A stretch of DNA of 64,000 nt from Tubiluchus corallicola (Eukaryota > Animalia > Priapulida), in contig JAQGDQ010000396.1 in NCBI GenBank assembly GCA_030141605.1, positions 149,747 through 213,746 on the forward strand, written 5' to 3'. Positions 60,736-64,000 of the stretch are shown piece by piece (position 1 is the stretch's first letter; each line of letters starts with the position of its first letter). The notes below the pieces were generated by a model. It was not told the origin of the DNA. It did no database searches and saw nothing but the letters and a program-made list of their open reading frames with translations. Made by a program: the position numbers and the translations under genes.

Positions 60736-63700
60736 TCACTCTGACTGCAAACGACTAAGTGCATCAGCGACTGGGTTTTGTGCAGCAAAAATATGCTCAA
60801 TTGTGAAAGCATATTCGGCTAATTTAAGTGCCCAATGGCACAGACGGCGATTACGCTTGCGCATCTTATCAAGAGCAAGAAGACTTCGCTGGTCAGTGCG
60901 CAAAATGAATTCTCGGCCTTCTAAATAATAGCGCAGTTTTTCGATGCTAAATACAACACTTAAGCATTCTAATTTAACCATTGAGTATCTTGTTTCCGGT
61001 GCGGTTAACTTTCTGCTTATGTAAGTAATTGGGACTTCCCCAAGACCATCCTTCCGATCCTGTGAAAGGACAGCTCCGAGACCAGTAAAACTAGCATCTG
61101 TAGTTAATATAAATGTCTCATCAAAGTTGGGAGAATGTAGAACAGAATCTGAGAGATAATCAGGTAGCTGGATATCATTGATAGACTGAGTTGCTTTGGC
61201 TGTTGGGAAGAATGCATATTCAGGAAGACTGGACTCTTCTACTTGTCCAGCACCAATCTTTACCCAGTCATTTTCAACCTCTTCCCAATTAATTTGTGCA
61301 TTATCTTTGCTCTCTGCATAGAGGGCTAGGAGAACTAGTTCTTCTTCTCTATCCTCTGAGAGATAATCAGGTAGCTGGATATCATTGATAGACTGAGGTG
61401 CTTTGGCTGTTGGGAAGAATGCATATTCAGGAAGACCAGACTCTTCTACTTGTCCTGCACCAATTTTTACACAGTCATTTTCAATTTCTTCCCAATTAAT
61501 TTGTACATTATCTTTGCACTCTGCGTAGAGGGCTAGGGGAACTAGTTCTTCTTCTCTATCCACATAAGGTTTTAAACGATTTATGTGGCAGATACGACAG
61601 TCTCTTCTCTTGCCAGATTTTCCGATTTTTACTTTGTACGTGTAATCTGAGATTTTGTCTACAATAGGATAGGGTCCACGCCAGGTAGATAACATTTTGT
61701 TACCTTTCCTAAGACGTTGCAGCATTACCTTATCACCGACTTGGAAGTTCTTTTGTCTAGTCAGCTTATCGTACCATCCCTTTTGAGCCAATTTGGCTGC
61801 CTCGAGTGACTGATGAGCACCTTCCAGTGTCTCATCTAGTGTATTTAGTATTCGAGTCACATACTCATCCACATCTTCGAGGGCTGGTGGCTTTTCACGA
61901 CCCCATCGCTCTTTCAGCATAGAGAGAGGACCACGGAGGGGATAGCCGAAAACTAATTCGTTTGGCGAATACCCTGTAGATTCCTGAGGAACCTCCCTAT
62001 AGGCAAATAAGACAAAGGGTACAGCTTCATCCCAGGGAAGATTTGGTCGATCTTGTACAAGACGTCGAATAGAGTGTTTCAGGCTTTGGTTATAACGTTC
62101 ACAAAGCCCATTAGTAGATGGTGCAAATGCTGAGGTATAAATTCCTTTAACTCCAAGCTCCTGCTCTAATGAACAGGTAAGTGCAGAAGTAAACTGTGTA
62201 CCTTGGTCTGTAAGGATCTCACGCGGTATGCCATACCGACAACAAAATTGCAATACTGCCTGGAGGACTGTTTTTGTTTCAATGTTGGGCAAAGGATAAC
62301 AGTCTGGATAACGGGTGGCAAGGTCAATAAGTACAAGCGCATACTTATTTCCAGCAGGAGTGCGATCTAGTGGACCAATGAGATCCATAGCCACACGATA
62401 AAATGGCTGAGATGGAATGGGTAGTGGCTTAAGTGGGACCTTATCAGATTTACGTACTCTGGCAGTTCTTTGACATGCAATGCATGAACGACAATACTGG
62501 CGAACATTTCTTTTCACATGTGGCCAAATGAATTCCTGTAGGACACGATGTGTCGTTTTATTAATTCCTAAGTGGCCAGCCGTTCGAGCATCATGAGCAA
62601 GTTCCAAAACCTGTTTCCGCAAAACTTTTGGCAAAACCAAAAGCTCACGAGGTGGAGAAGCATTCCGCTGTTTGCACAAGTAGTACAGAACGCCATTGCG
62701 GAGAAAATAGCCTTTACCATTGCGTCTCGCTTCTTTAAGTGTGACCGCATGCTCAATCAGATTGCGAAGTGTGACGTCTTCAGTTTGCTCCGTTTTCAAC
62801 TGCTCTAAGGGTATATCAAGTAAGCTGTCTTGCACTGCATTTCCAGGAGTAAAAACTTCTTTCTGCAGTTGTTCATCACGTTTTGCTTCTGCCAGAAGCT
62901 TAGCAGCTTTAGCTCTTGTCACAGCAAATCCTGTCTCACTTAGGTTCCTTGTGTCATCAATGGGATTTGCAGTGATTGGCACAGGAATTTGGGGTCTTCC
63001 TTGCATTTCTGGTGCTCCTGTTTGGTTCCATTTATTTTGAGGGTCAACCTCCGTTTCTGAAGAAAAAGGTTTCAGCGCTGAAAGGTAATTGTTTCCCAAC
63101 AGGAAGTCAGCTGGTAAGTTATCTACTACGGTTACTGTGAGACAGCCAGATATATTTAGCGAAGGGCATATTATCTCTATCTCTGCCACTTTACATGGAG
63201 CCTTATGTCCATGGATACATAACAGGGACTTCGGGTCTTGTTCTAGATACTGTTCTCTTTTAACAAAATTTGGATGCAGCATTGACACATTAGCACCACT
63301 GTCACGTTGCCCAGTAATTGGGTTGCCATTAATTAGAGCTTCAAACATATATGGCAGTGTGTCTTTGGGAATGTCTTTCCATTTTTCATTATTGATGCTT
63401 TGAGTCAATTCAACATCACTGAAAAGCTGCCTATTCGGCTTCCCTAATTTGTTTTGAGTTAAAGCGTTGGTACCAGAGGGCGATCGGCATTCAGAACGTC
63501 TGTGTCCTGGCTTGCCACAACCATAGCAGATGATTCTTCGAGGTTCTCCTTGGCCTGCATTAGTAGTAGGTGCTGCGCTCTGCTTCTTCACCATGGGCCT
63601 AGTGGCAAACTTGTCTGGCCTCCTAAAGTGATCAGAGTTCCTCCCCATATCTTGGTAAGAAGCAACATATTTATCAGCCAGAGTTGCCATTTCCATGCCT

Positions 63701-64000
63701 GACTGAGGTTCTTCTCGACGTAGCCGTGTAGCTAAGTCTGTGGGCATCTTATTCATTATTTGTTCCATGGTAATTAGTTGGAAGAGCTTAGGGTAAGAGT
63801 CAACAGCGTCCATGGCCTCTACATAATCAGTTAAGGCTCGTTCAACCTTCAAGAAAAATTGCCGATATGTTTCATTCTTTGACTTTTCCAAAGTTCTGAA
63901 ACGTTTCCGGTACACATCAGTACTCAAGATGTATGCATTAACCAGTGCTTTTCTAACTAGAGAATAATTTTTGACGTCGGTTCGAGGAAGTTGCTGGTAG
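60736..64000 (-). mobile_element. Gmr1-like Ty3/Gypsy LTR retrotransposon gag-pol ORF (Gag/SCAN-like, zinc knuckle, protease, integrase, RNase H; RT core absent); 5' end beyond the window
   Basis: One open frame runs from beyond 64000 to the stop at 60736. Motifs in order: YRKRFR/LITMEQ/LADKY Gag region, CYGCGKPGHRRSEC, RDSGA protease, HHCC (AHD..AGHLG...CIAC), DDE (MDLIGP, TDQGTQF, GLCERYN), WRGPY, then RNase H (TDASFTGLGAVLSQ...ADALSR). No YxDD-type RT motifs are present. Confidence 0.93.
61148..61561 (-). repeat. 207-bp (69-codon) in-frame tandem duplication inside the retroelement ORF
   Basis: Units 61148-61354 and 61355-61561, with about 12 substitutions by my count and no indels. Confidence 0.95.

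Noticed and set aside
60668-63702. Plus-strand and alternative-frame ORFs within the retroelement
   Set aside because: Shadows of the gag-pol frame; none has RT or env motifs.

Overview
AT-rich eukaryotic (animal, probably invertebrate) genomic DNA with spliced genes and many transposon relics. From left to right: (1) the last three exons of a CHY zinc-finger gene (+); (2) an intronless ~432-aa ORF with a degenerate TIR-like domain (+); (3) a head-to-head pair of polypeptide GalNAc-transferase (GALNT7-type) genes with matching intron positions. The + strand copy is canonical and complete (12 coding exons, 582 aa, one GC-AG intron). The - strand copy is divergent, with changes in the donor-sugar pocket and no recognisable last lectin exon; (4) ~20 kb with no coding exon I can recognise, containing MITEs, SINE/LINE relics, minisatellites, a 72-bp perfect palindrome and two promoter-like patches; (5) the 3' part of a Gmr1-like (integrase-before-RT) Gypsy LTR element. 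Its single open ORF has lost the whole reverse-transcriptase core in frame and carries a 207-bp tandem duplication at the deletion junction. Exon boundaries were read by eye from splice sites and reading phase. Family assignments come from remembered motifs, not database searches.
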